Part shown: positions 42,801 through 55,900 of the stretch, one piece after another | Position numbering within the stretch: position 1 is the stretch's first letter | How the letters are laid out: each line of letters opens with the position of its first letter | Assembly (NCBI RefSeq): GCF_023055435.1 | Contig: NW_025964112.1 | Span: 21,204,001 to 21,268,000, forward strand | Length of the DNA stretch: 64,000 nt | Origin: Haliotis rufescens | Taxonomy: Eukaryota | Direction: 5' to 3' | The notes under the pieces: model-generated | What the model was told of the DNA's origin: nothing | Database searches by the model: none | The model's input: only the letters and a program-made list of their open reading frames with translations | Program-made: the position numbers and the translations under genes

Positions 42801-45800
42801 GGTGAATGTTACTCCACGCTTGGCTTCAGTAGAGTACTTTTGTAGTGTTTTGTCACAAGCTTTGATGCATTGGAAACTAAGTGTTAAGGTAATAGTTACA
42901 GTTTGTTTACTGGTATATATTTTGAAATATAGTTTCCACATGTCTAATGAAGAGTTGAAATATGTGGCTGATTGTAAATTATGTTTGAAATATTGGGTTA
43001 TTTGCACATACTAACTTTGACCAGTATTCACTAACACTGAAGGAATTTGTTTCAAATCTTTCTATGGGTGATGGACCTTTGTTGAATAGAAATGTTATGA
43101 ATTATTCTAGTGTTCAGATGCTTATATTTATGTATATTGAACATGCTTGAAAGTTGTTAGTTCCAACTAATGAGTTATGTCCTCTTGGTGGGATCAGGTG
43201 GCCTTGTCAGCCCAACTGGAACTTTGAGCCATCAGCAGATGCAGCATACAATGACCCAGCAACATCAGCAACAACAGCAGCAGCAACAGTTGCAACAACA
43301 GCAGCAACAGTTCCAGCAGCAGCAACAACAACAACAGGTTCAACAGCAGCATTTTCAAAATGTGCAAACTCAGCAGTATCAGCAACACCAACAGTTCACA
43401 AACAACAGTGATGGGACTCTGAAGATTGATACCAGTCCACACATGCTTATCTCCCCTCGTAGCCCCTCTTCAGCTGGGAGGTAAGAAATATATAGCTATC
43501 ATTTTATATTTACCAATAGTAATTAGGATATATGTTATTAAATCATAGATAAATACGAAAATTGCCTGTCCAATTTAAAAAAATAATTTTACCATTGAAT
43601 CTTTCGGGTTATAACAATGTTACCAAAATAAACTGGCCATAAATCTAGTATGAGATACGGGTCAAGAATGTAGTCACTTTTTTATATCACATTAATGACA
43701 TTCATTGTTTGAATGAAGAAGCTAGACAATACCCATGGAGATTGCTGTGAATGATGTTGACCTGTCCCCTCGTGTTGTTTCAGCCCCCCTTCCCCCAACA
43801 GCAGCCTCAACACCCTGCGTCAGCAGCTGAGTGCCGCGCACAACATGTCTACTGGCGCCCTCTCCCCAGGCCCCCACTCCATGACCGGACAAAGCTCCCC
43901 CAGCGTGTACTTCGGCATGTCACGGCGAGGCAGTCTGTCCTCTCTCGCAGGTAACACAATGCATGCATCACTTACACATAATTACATGCTAGGATTTTAG
44001 TGTACAGGAAAACATCTGTCAACGTATTTAAATGATGTAAAAGGTGCAACATCAGACTTGTGTTATATCTTGGGCCTTTGGGTTTTTGGCATACTTTGAT
44101 GCAAGTAAATATGTTTATTAGGTATACAGAGAATGTGATAGTGATTTATTTGGCACATACGGTAATTAACCCTGCCACCCTCACTGACATGCACCAATTT
44201 CACTGTTTGTATGTACAGAGGATATCCCAAACTTCACAAAGCAATGTATTTCCTTCATAACAACTAACTTCAAAAGGTCTAAATCCTTGTTATTGTACCT
44301 GAATTGCCAGCCCCTTGGTTTGACCATTGTTGACATTATAAATTGTTTGTAGTGAAGGAACAGATTCAAGGATGTCATGACATATTCACCTTGTATCTAT
44401 TGATTCACTCATGTAGAATACGGTCTTAAGATATATTGTACTCCTTTTATTAGTGCAGTCTACTTTGTTTGGAGTAATGCATGGTGGTTTGACTTTCAGA
44501 TGTTGACATGGTAAATAACACTGCCAGATTTGTGAAAGACACCTCAAAGTACTGGTACAAGCCCAACATCACCAGAGAAGAAGGTATGTGAAGCTATAAC
44601 ATTCAAAATGTAGTTTGAAAAAGATTACATGGCTCGTGCTGAGTGTGGATGAACTGCAAGAAGCCCATGAATATCATGTTTCTGTTCTCTGCTGCAGCTA
44701 TTGTCCTACTGAAGGACAAACAACCAGGAACATTTGTGATCCGTGACAGCAATTCCTTCCCAGGAGCCTTTGGCCTGGCGCTGAAGGTGGCCACGGTCCC
44801 TCCCAACGTCCAGACCAAGACGTCGGGCGACCCTCTAGCTGACCTAGTGAGGCACTTCCTCATTGAACCTACACCTAAAGGTGTTCGACTGCGTGGATGC
44901 AGCAATGAGCCAGTCTTTGGTAAGAGTTGGGCTTTACAATCTGTTGAGAAAACAAGGAATGTTGGACATGACATTCATTTCTAGGCAAATATGGATGGAA
45001 AGGATGAAAATCTTATCAGTTTAAAATGGTCTACAGGGAATATCTATTGTTCTGTATTGATATGCTAAACCTAATTACCTTAAGTATCCACATGGAGTCC
45101 ATCGTCATTTCAAATGATGATACAGATGAGAAATCCCCTGGTGGAGACTGACAGTATGTTTGTGTTTGTTTGTGCAGGTAGCCTAGCAGCCCTAGTGTAC
45201 CAACACTCCATCACCCCTCTGGCTCTGCCCTGTAAACTCAATCTACCAGATGCAGGTGAGCAATACACACACTGTATTATTAGGAAATATTGATGGTGTC
45301 AGCTGTTTTATAACACTGTGAAGGCATCTGTCCTCAGCCAAGACTGATGTGAAACATGTTAATCTGCAGATTACCTGGGCGAGGTGCAGAGTGCTGAAAG
45401 TCCTCGCAGCACAGAAATGCCAAGTTCAGCGGCTGCTCTGTTGGCACAGGGTGCAGGTAGGTTCATCTGCTATTGACCTTCATCTGCTAATTTTCATATT
45501 TTGAACCTCTGCTACAAGTCTTCACATGTAACTCATAGGTCTAAGGCGCCACAATTCACTGTGCAGAGTTATGTCCCTTAGATGGTGCCAGATCGTGCTG
45601 GGTGGTGATAATGATTCTTGGTGTATCGATCACCACTATAACGTTGCTGGTGGGTTTCTCCAAAGCACCAACCTACATCATGAAGCTGTATAAGGTGGCT
45701 TTGACCCCAACTGACAATGACTACCACTGTCTGTTGGGACAGAACAGAACATGTGTATGTGCGGCCATTCGTCAAAAAATACAAAGTTGAAAAAAAGGAC

Positions 45801-48800
45801 AAAAGTACCCTTTTAAGGTCAAATATGACGAATAAAGAACTAAATGTTACTACTAAAGGTCAAAATACAATATTAATAGTCAAATGTTACCAAAAGACAT
45901 CATAAGAAAAGAAAGAACAATGTGTACGAAAGAACGTTAGTGATCACGAAAGGACGTTTTCAATAAAGAACGTCAGTGAGCACAAAAGGACGTTTTCAAT
46001 AAAGAACGTCAGTGAGCACGAAAGGACGTTGACAATAAAGAACGCCAGATGGCGCTGCAATTTGTAAAACATTCCGAGTTTAATCGGCTTGTTCCGCCGT
46101 GTATAGTATATGATAACTGCATGCCGAGGTGCACAATGTGTTACGTCATTCCTTGTGCACTCACCGTCTGACGTCACACATATATATATACATGTATTTA
46201 TAATGTATAATGTACACATTGTGTATAAACATGTTGCGTTAAGCTTTGTCACCGCTTAGGGCCTTTTCATAAATACAGTATACTGTGTAACCCAACATCT
46301 GCCTAACATTGGTACATGCTTTTTGTGTACAATCTTCAAAAAACACTCACTTAACGCTAAACTAGGATTCATCTACAGAGATCCAATAACTGTTCATGCT
46401 TGGTGCAACACGAGGGTGCTATGATGCCGAGTTTTGTTTCAGACGCACATTTTCATCTGAAAAGTGAACGTTGTGCAAGAGTTTGTTTTATTTAACAGCT
46501 TTTCGGAAACTGTGTGCGAACAAAATGCTGCCTAATATCTGAACAACAAATATATATACCAAATGGATTTGTATGCATATGTATAACTTACACATTTGTT
46601 AGGAAAAATAGCTCTCCATAAATAAAGAAAATCGAGTTTCATCTATGACGCCAGCGTTTGTTTTCAAACCATATTTATTTCGCTTGTTTACATCCACATT
46701 TATATGTGTGACGTCAGACGGTGAGTGCACGAGGAATGACGTAATACATTGTGCACCTCGGCATGCAGTTATCATATACACGGCGGAACAAGCCGATTAA
46801 ACTCGGAATGTTTTACAAATTTCAGCACCATCTGGCGTTCTTTATGTCAACGTCCTTTCGTGCTCACTGACGTTCTTTATTGAAAACATCCTTTCGTGCT
46901 CACTGACGTTCTTTATTGAAAACGTCCTTTCGTGATCACTAACGTTCTTTAGTACACATTGTTCTTTCTTTTCTTATGACGTCTATTGTAACATTTGACT
47001 ATTAATATTGTATTTTGACCTTTAGTAGTAACATTTAGTTCTTTATTCGTCATATTTGACCTTAATTGCGTACAATTGTCCTTTTTTTCAACTTTGTATT
47101 TTTTGACCAAATGGCCGCCCAAACATGTGGACTTAAGGATCTTTACCCAAACATGAAAAGTATTGTCATGAATTTGTGCATACAATATTGCTATAAAGAA
47201 CAATGTTGAACACTTAAGAGTTTTATCATGGAAAGCAGTAAGCAGAGGAATTGATGTGATGGTGTTTGTGTTGGTAGCATGCAATGTGATCTTCATCAAC
47301 TCTGTGGACATGGAATCTCTGACTGGACCACAAGCCATAGCTCGGGCTCTCAAGGTCACCCTGGAATCTAACCCAAACCCTGTCACCACAGCTGTGCACT
47401 TCAAGGTGTCCAATCAGGGCATCACGCTCACGGACAACAACAGGAAGTGAGTGTTTACGCTCAGCTACCAACAAATAAAACTTGCTCCAGTTAACTGTTA
47501 TTAATGCTGTTAGTTCTGAGGCAAAGCTGCTTGATAAAGGAATTGACACAGGGACATTTTGCATGCAACAATGATGTAAAATGTACGAACATCAAATATC
47601 TTGATTTATCTGTCCAGGGTAGAGTTAAACTACTTTGGTGGCTTTGGTGTCCAACTGCCTGAACTGTTCTTGTTTGGTTGGACAGCCATCTAGAGCAGAA
47701 ACTATGAAAGTTGCTTGGTCTGTCCTCATTATGCTGCATATGATGTTTTTTTACGAAACTTAACATTGTTGTGATTCTCTAACTCATGCACTCAATCTGT
47801 TACCTCCAGGTTGTTCTTCCGTCGTCACTACCCAGTTTCAGCTGTTACCTTCTGTGGCATGGACCCAGATAGCAGGAAGTAAGTACATTACAGGCGGCAT
47901 CATCAGTGGGAACTGAGAGGGGGGTCTAGTCATGTAGTACTGGGGGACATGGCAGTCCCTGTCATCTCAATGCGCATCTTCCCCAGGCAAGGGAGTTACA
48001 TGACTGTAAAAGTCCAGTTTTTACCCTTTGCTGAACTAAGCTGGAATTTCGGGGTTTGATCGTAGCACCACCAGTGGCTATTACAAGTTACGTCTCTTCT
48101 ACGTCCTTCCTCCTGACCACTCAGATTCCACCTACTATATTACTTGCATTTGCTTCAAATAGAATGGTGCCACCTTCTGATTGATAATCAAGATCTTTAT
48201 TGTAATACAATGGGTCTTTCCTTGCGAAGTGAGCATCATCATTAAACACATGAAAGGATTTAGAAATTATCTGTCGACGCCCATTTGATAGTAAACATGC
48301 TGTGCAAATCCTTCAATCAACGGAATGTAGTAGCCATGTTGTTTATGATCCAGATGTCGATTTCGTTAAGCTATAATTCTTGTGAATACCTCACCTCTAT
48401 CACATCAGTGCCATAAATTCCTGTTTATGCTGAGAACCACACTATAAATTTTTATAAATTTTCAACAGACGTCCACTACACTGCCAACATATCCATAGTT
48501 GTGAGGGAAACCCTATCCCTTGCCAGAGGCGCCACTGCGCATGCGCAAGGCGGGAATCTAGTCACTTCTTTCCTGTGTGTCCAGATGACAACAAGGAAAA
48601 TATTTTGTTGCACATCCGTACACGTGATTGAGTTCCACACTTACAAAGCACATTAGATCTTCTCAAGCTTCATAGGCTACAAGCAGTGAGCAGTCTACAA
48701 GCAGAGAACGGGGGTATAAGAAGATCGGAAGTTCTAGTAAGTAATTAGTTAGAAACGTTTTGTGGGATGAGATCTTCATCTCAAGGACAGACACCCGTCT

Positions 48801-49939
48801 GTTCAGGCTGTGGGCAACACCAGATACCTGGTGACCCTCACCCTAGATGTCTATCATGCAAACAACTGCACACAAAAGTCAAGGTGCAGCTATTGCGAGC
48901 CTCTGTCAAAGGAGAAAATTGACAAGCTCTACAAGGCATGTATCAACAATCCTGATTACAAAGATTACTAGCGCATCAAGTAAAAACAAGTGATTAAGCT
49001 CTTGGTGGCCATATTAATCACGTGGGTTACAAGCGAGTGTCGCGCGAGGGCGCCGTCTCACCTTATGAGGAGAAGAGAACGCGTCGCTCATCCCACTCTC
49101 CCAAAAGTTGAGGAGCAGATGCATTTTACCGGTCAAAAAGAAAGTGCCTCTAACTTGCATCCGGCAACGTATGGTACGGTCGATCATCGAGTTTGGACAG
49201 AAACTAACGATCTTCACCCTCTGCCGCGTTCCCCCTTTTAACTTAATTGAGTTCGGAATTCAATGTCTGTAATGATGTATAAAGCGTAAAAGCGCGAGTG
49301 TCGCGCGAGAGCGCCGTCTCACCTTATGAGGAGAAGAGACCCCGTCGCTCATCCCACTCTCCCAAAAGTTGAGGAGCAGATGCATTTTACCGGTCAAAAA
49401 GAAAGTGCCTCTAACTTGCATCCGGCAACGTCTGGTACGGTCGATCATCGAGTTTGGACAGAAACTAACGATTTTCACCCTCTGCCGCGTTCCCCATTTA
49501 ACTTAAATGAGTTCACGGAAAGAATAACAAAATTCAATGTCTGTTATGATTGACGCACGCATGCAATCTATGACCCGGCTTGGCCATACAGGGGTCGATC
49601 AGATTGATAAAAGCGCATGCAATCAATGTCTCAGAAAATCTCATATCCAAAAGAATCTGTCGCACAACCCCGGCTTGGCCATACAGGGGTCGATCAGATT
49701 GATAAAAGCGCATGCAATCAATGTCTCCGGAAATCTCATATCCAAAAGAATCTGTCGCACAACCCGGGCTTGGCCAACAGGGGTCGATCACAAGATTCAA
49801 GAGACCTAAGGATCTCCCAATAAAGTTGAGGAGCAGATGTACCTCACAGGTTTTTAACTAAAGGGATTCGGAGAAATTAACCAACTCAATGTTGTAATAA
49901 TTGATAAAAGCGCACGCAATCAAGGGCTCAGGAATAAAA

Positions 49940-49995
<56 letters not shown>

Positions 49996-52900
49996 TGCAC
50001 AAACCCGGCATGACCAAACGGGGATTGATAAGCACGAGATTAAGTGAGATATAAGGCTGAATATGGCAGTACTTCCTCATACAGCAGACAAGCAAGCCTA
50101 CGCTGTATCTGATTATTATGAGGACACAGGAGAACAAAAAGAGATAGATTACCTCCCTACCACGTACACCATAGGGCAGATCGTGAATCACGGACATTGC
50201 ATCGCAGTATGCTCAGAAATACACACCATTCACCCTCTAGCCATAAGATAGACGAACTGACAAAGCTCGTGCTAATCAGGATAGAATTCCTAAGCATGCG
50301 CCATCTCATACTGCCGCACAGTCCAGTTACACGGGCGGAGAAGCGAGGGAGATGTTACGTCACTATCACACAGTTATAGAACACGTGATTCCCGCACGGC
50401 CAGTCGTAGATCAGACGACCGGGATTACGCTACCCTCAGCCATATGACCCAGTCTCAGCACAGCCCGAGTAGGGGGTGCGGATCTATTGCTAATACTGTT
50501 TTTTATACAGTGGGGATTCTACTACGGAGGTTAATTATAGACCAAATAATTATACCATTAACATATCATTGCAGAACTCTATAAACTAATGCCCGCCCTT
50601 TAAAACAGATACAAGGACAAAATACCAAGATGACCTTGTTAGAACGTGACGGGTAGGAGGTACCGGTCAGTTGATTCTAGAATTCCTTACCCTTCCCTGT
50701 TCGTCATATATTGATGACGTCATCAAGAATCGAATATTCATTAAATGCTACTTTCGGCACTTAATGTTAGACTGGGTATGCCTGCCATTAATAAGAGTGA
50801 TTACACAAGTTGCCCCTGCGCACAGCAGCCGAGCATCGTTGAACTTTTCTACTAACGTCATACCCCGAACAATCAGAACGTAGGCCTACACTTAGACACC
50901 CCACGGAGATGACACTACAGCAGACCGGTTTAATCAACAGCTCACTGGAACACATTCTGAAGATGCAGGAAGATCTTCAATCAGCAACCGGACTAACGTC
51001 AAGAAGCACAGTTCCTGCTAAAGATGATCATCCCACTTCGCAGAGGAGGAAGCAGAAGCAGTCCCCGAAGGGGATACCACCGGAAATGCCTTCAGACCCT
51101 ACCGACATCGCTTGCCCAATGGACAACGATTTAGAACTACAGAAGATCAAAGATACGACCACATCGAATCCAGTCGAACTAGCCGGTCTCACAGACATCG
51201 ACCCAAGATTACACAAGTTCAGCAAGGGGCTATCAGCACCTTAAAAGAGTCAAGAGACCACTCACGGGTTCTACTCCCCAGTACTCCAGGTACCTACACT
51301 TTGCAGTCAACGGTCAGAGATACCAGTTCAGGGTACTACCATTCGGCATATCCTTAGCCCCATGGTTATTCACCAGGATCACCAATCCCATCATCGGTTT
51401 GCGCCCATATAAGCTCATAAGGCTTCTCGTATATAGACGATTTCCTATTGGCCGATCAGGACAAGCGCAATTAGTTTAAACACAGTGTGCCTCACTACTA
51501 ACAATCTTAGGTTTCCTGGTTCACCCTCTAAAACAGAGCTAGTACCCACACAGGCATCACCTACATAGGCGCAAGATTCTACTCAACAAGGGGCATAGCA
51601 GCACCCACAGAGGACAGATATGCAAGAGTAGAGCACATGATAACAAGCCCACTCGATCAGGCCGTCAAGTCGAGACGCTGGTGGATGTCTCGCCTATGCC
51701 CGCTCACATCTATCCAAGATTTAACCTACAGAGGCACAAGGTCTCAGCCTTTACTGAAGGAGGTTACATGTTTATATGCCTTGGTGGACTCAGTGAGTTG
51801 CAAGATCGAAGTAAGACACATTCCGGGGAAGCTAAATATACTAGCAGATTACCTATCCCGGAAAAACAAGATAGTACCCACAGAATGGTCACTACATCCC
51901 GAGGTGTTCAAGTGGATAACCCAGGTATGGGACAGTCCAAACATAGATCTATTCGCCACATGTCTCAACAACAAACTACCAGTCTATGTCAGCCCGGTAC
52001 CAGACCCACTAGCACTCCAAGTCGATGCGCTCTCCATGGAATGGAAGGGAATGTTTGCTTACGCATTTCCCCCATGGGCTCTCCTAGACAGAGTACTGAG
52101 GAAAATAGAGGAAACGGACTGTGTCATAATCCTCATAGCCCCGGCCTGGCCAAAAAGGGCTTGGTTTCCGAGACTCCTACAACTGCTGCTAGAAGTACCT
52201 CTGAAACTCCCAGTACGTCCCGACCTATTGAGACAACCAAAGACGGACATATTTTACGGCCGCCTCGACAACCTCCATCTTCACGCTTGGAAGTTATCTC
52301 GCATAAGATGCAAGCAGCCGGTTACTCTGAATCAGCTGCACGAAGAGTGGCTAGCTCATGGAGACCAACCTCATCTGCGATATACAATAACAGATGGGAC
52401 AAGTTCGTCGAATGGAGAAGAGGAAAACAGTTACATGGAGATATAACGATACCTATAGTAGCCGATTTCTTGCTCCATCTCAGAAATGACAAGAATTTAC
52501 GACACGGCACTATCGAAGGATATAGATCAGCCCAGTCATCAGTATTACAACACGATGACCTATCTATAGGTACCCATCCAGTACTAAATCGACTTATGAA
52601 GTCTTTTGCCCTGGAAGATATAAAAGTACCACGTACTTTTCCTAAATGGGATCTATCTATAGTATTGTCGGCATTGATGAAAGCACCGTATGAACCCATG
52701 AGTAGTGCGACATTACTATCAGTCTCCAAGAAAACTGCTTTTCTCTTAGCCATGGCTACGGCGGCTCGCGTGTCAGAACAACACGCTATTGACATCTCCA
52801 CTGTAACCCATACCAAAGAATGGAAATCAGTGTCGTTCAGATCGCTCCCTGAATTTATTGCCAAAAACCAGTCGTCAACCTTCGGCCCACTCGGACATCG

Positions 52901-55900
52901 GCAATACACAATTCCAGCCTTAAGTAAAAGTGTGGACTTCCCGGATAGATTGCTTTGCCCCATAAGAGCCTTGAGATATTTTATCACAGCGACTCAACCC
53001 CACAGAAAGCAGAGAAAACGCCTATTTATCTCTTGCAAGCCCTCGTCAGAAAAGGACATCGCAAAGGGCACTAGCGGGATGGCTAAAAACAGCTATCACA
53101 GATAGCTATAAAACGGCACAAATCTCCACTCCGATTTGGGGTAGCTGCAGACCCCACGAAATCAGAGCACTGGCAACAAGCCTAGCCACATGGAATACTG
53201 CATCCATCGAACAAATCGTGGCCAGCTGCCAGTGGAAGTCCCACAACACTTTTTCAAACTTTTACTTACGAGACATACAGACCGATCTAAATGGACTATA
53301 CACTCTGGGGCCTTTGGTGGCTCCCCAGGTGATAGTTACCAAATAAAGTAACCTGTTCCCTCCCTCTTCCAAGAAAGGGAAAAGAGAGGGGGGGGGGGTG
53401 AAGATTTCAGAAGTACCTCAGGAACTCAGGGTAAGTTGTACTTTGTTACTGGACTGCGCTATTGAGTTAGTAAAACAGGGCAAATGTCAACACTGAAATC
53501 AGAGATCGAAGGATTAAGTGATATACGGTAATCTACATGATAGGAAGGTTAATGTATTACCACCGGAAGTGACGTCATAGGAGTCATCACACCGGAGAAA
53601 CGTTAAGATACGTTAAATATCACTATCCAAAAGGGCATTACGGTAAACCACGTCATAAGTGATACGGGAGAATAGTGACACCGGAAGTGACGTCACAGAT
53701 GACGTCATCACCGGAAGTGACGTCACAGATGACGTCATCACAGGAAACGACGTCACTAAAAAGTCTAAGTATCACAAGGGAATATACATATACCCTTCAC
53801 ATGACGCCTTGAAAATTCTATACGTCTAAGTCTTGTAAGTAGACTATTAGACACATCCGTTTAAGACCCCTTTTGGCATATAATCCTTGGTTTTACCACT
53901 TCACTAGCCAAATATCTATGGGATGCTAGATACCAGAACCCGCCGGTCCCTCTGGTGTATACTGGCACTGATGTGATAGAGGTGAGGTATTCACAAGAAT
54001 TATCAAACAATAGTTATCATTGTGAATAATTCTAAGAATACCACCTCTATCACATCAGGAATTAATCCCTCCCACCTCCCCAAATATCTGCATCTAGTTT
54101 ATGAGAGTATGGGTTGAAAGAAGTGACTAGATTCCCGCCTTGCGCATGCGCAGTGGCGCCTCTGGCAAGGGATAGGGTTTCCCTCACAACTATGGATATG
54201 TTGGCAGTGTAGTGGACGTCTGTTGAAAATTTATAAAAATTTATAGTGTGGTTCTCAGCATAAACAGGAATTTATGGCACTGATGTGATAGAGGTGGTAT
54301 TCTTAGAATTATTCACAATGATAACTATTGTTTGATTTTGATTGGACTATGCATTAGCCTATTTCAGCAAGGGTGGAACAGGACTTATTGTCAGTTAGTT
54401 CCCTTGCCTCAGAAAGATGCTAGATGTGTCCCTCTGCATAGTTTCTCTTATAGGTACCAATAACTATATTTGTGATTGGGGTGCCTGGGAGGGATCTATG
54501 ATCATAGGTTCAAATTCTGGTTTGCCCCAATGATGTTTCTAGGTTTGTCAGGACCATCACTGCTTGTGGGTTTCACTGAACTGGTGAACGTCAGACCTGC
54601 ATAATTTTGGGCTTTCCTCCCACATTAGTTGACACCGTGATATAACTGGAATACTGTTCAAAGAGGCATTAAACAATACTCATATAATTGTGGGATACTC
54701 AAATAGTAACTGCTGCTGATATTTTGTCAGTGTCAGCACCTTACTCTGCTCATTGGTTTCACCTAAGTGGTTTATGTGTGTCACTTAAATGGTTCCTCCC
54801 ACGTTAAATGTCACACTGGTGATGGTTACAAACCTTATTCAGTCACAGATGCAGCCTTGTATTTCTAGATGGAAATTTGTATGTAGCCACTGTGTCTTAC
54901 CTGTTTGTTTGGTTGTAGGTGGAAGCGGGAAACAGATGTATCTGGGATGCAAGTTGAAGCCAAGTGAGTTAAACTGGGCTCTGAAATAATAGTTTCAAAT
55001 ATTTTTATTGAATATTGCGGTGCAGACCTCAGTTGTCTAGATAAGAGAACAGTTAAGGAATTACCGCAGATATGACTTGGATACTGTGTTTTTATCAGCC
55101 TAAAAAAAAGTGAGCTTTCTTAGATAACTCTCCCATTCTTAACATACCGATATGTAAATGTTTTCCATCCAGACAATTTTCGGTATTAGGGTCAGCTTAT
55201 TATGAATGGATAAACTATATTACATGTAAATTAATGTAAGATAATTGTCACTGAGTATTATTGCAATTGTTACTTTGTTTTCAATCCTTGCAAAATGGCC
55301 CATAGCAATGTGACGTCATGTGAACGCTTGGTGGCATATAATTGAAGCTGTCATCCATTGTTCATGGTATCCTGATATTATTGTACAGGTTACTGTTATC
55401 TAACATTGTTCCAACAGTAGAGTAATGCCATTTGAAATCAGGAAACCCATATTTTCTCAGTAAAAACATATGTTTAATGTTAAGAATAACCTTCACGTAA
55501 CTCATAATTACAGATTATATGTTGCTTGTTAATTAACATTGTTAATACGCTAGGGACAGTGAATGTGTAATTCCGAGATGCAAGTACGTTGTATAATATG
55601 TGATGGTAGGATAGCCAAGTGGTTAAATCATTGTCTCATCAAACTGAAGACTATGTGAAGACCATACCGGGTATCCCCATGCCATGATATGGCTGGATTA
55701 TTTCCAAAAGTGGCATAAACCCTACTCATGCACTCAATCTATTACAATAATAACTTGACCCACTAAGTTACCCTTTGCATACTGTTTTGTGTCTTCTTCA
55801 GGATCTTTGGCTTTGTAGCCAGGAAACAGGGTGGAGTGTCTGACAATTCATGTCATTTGTTCGCTGAGCTGGATCCCGAACAACCCGCTTCAGCCATCGT

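Larger units (their letters stand above)
48373..54336 (+). mobile_element. DIRS1-type tyrosine-recombinase retrotransposon, complete termini, decayed ORFs
   Basis: Inverted terminal repeats, an internal complementary region matching both ends, gag-like Cys cluster, RT ([12 protein letters not shown]), RNase H tail, methyltransferase-like domain and tyrosine recombinase, in DIRS1 order. Confidence 0.95.

Noticed and set aside
51681-52307. N-terminal half of the 474-aa ORF as part of the recombinase
   Set aside because: It is the alternative frame overlapping the RNase H/methyltransferase region, as usual in DIRS; recognisable recombinase sequence starts near 52308.
51637-53346. Prophage or bacterial contamination (integrase plus methyltransferase)
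   Set aside because: RT motifs, ITRs and the ICR identify a DIRS1 retrotransposon sitting in an intron with proper flanking exons.
55603-55660. tRNA gene
   Set aside because: Only an A-box-like start, with no B-box or cloverleaf; better explained as a SINE remnant.
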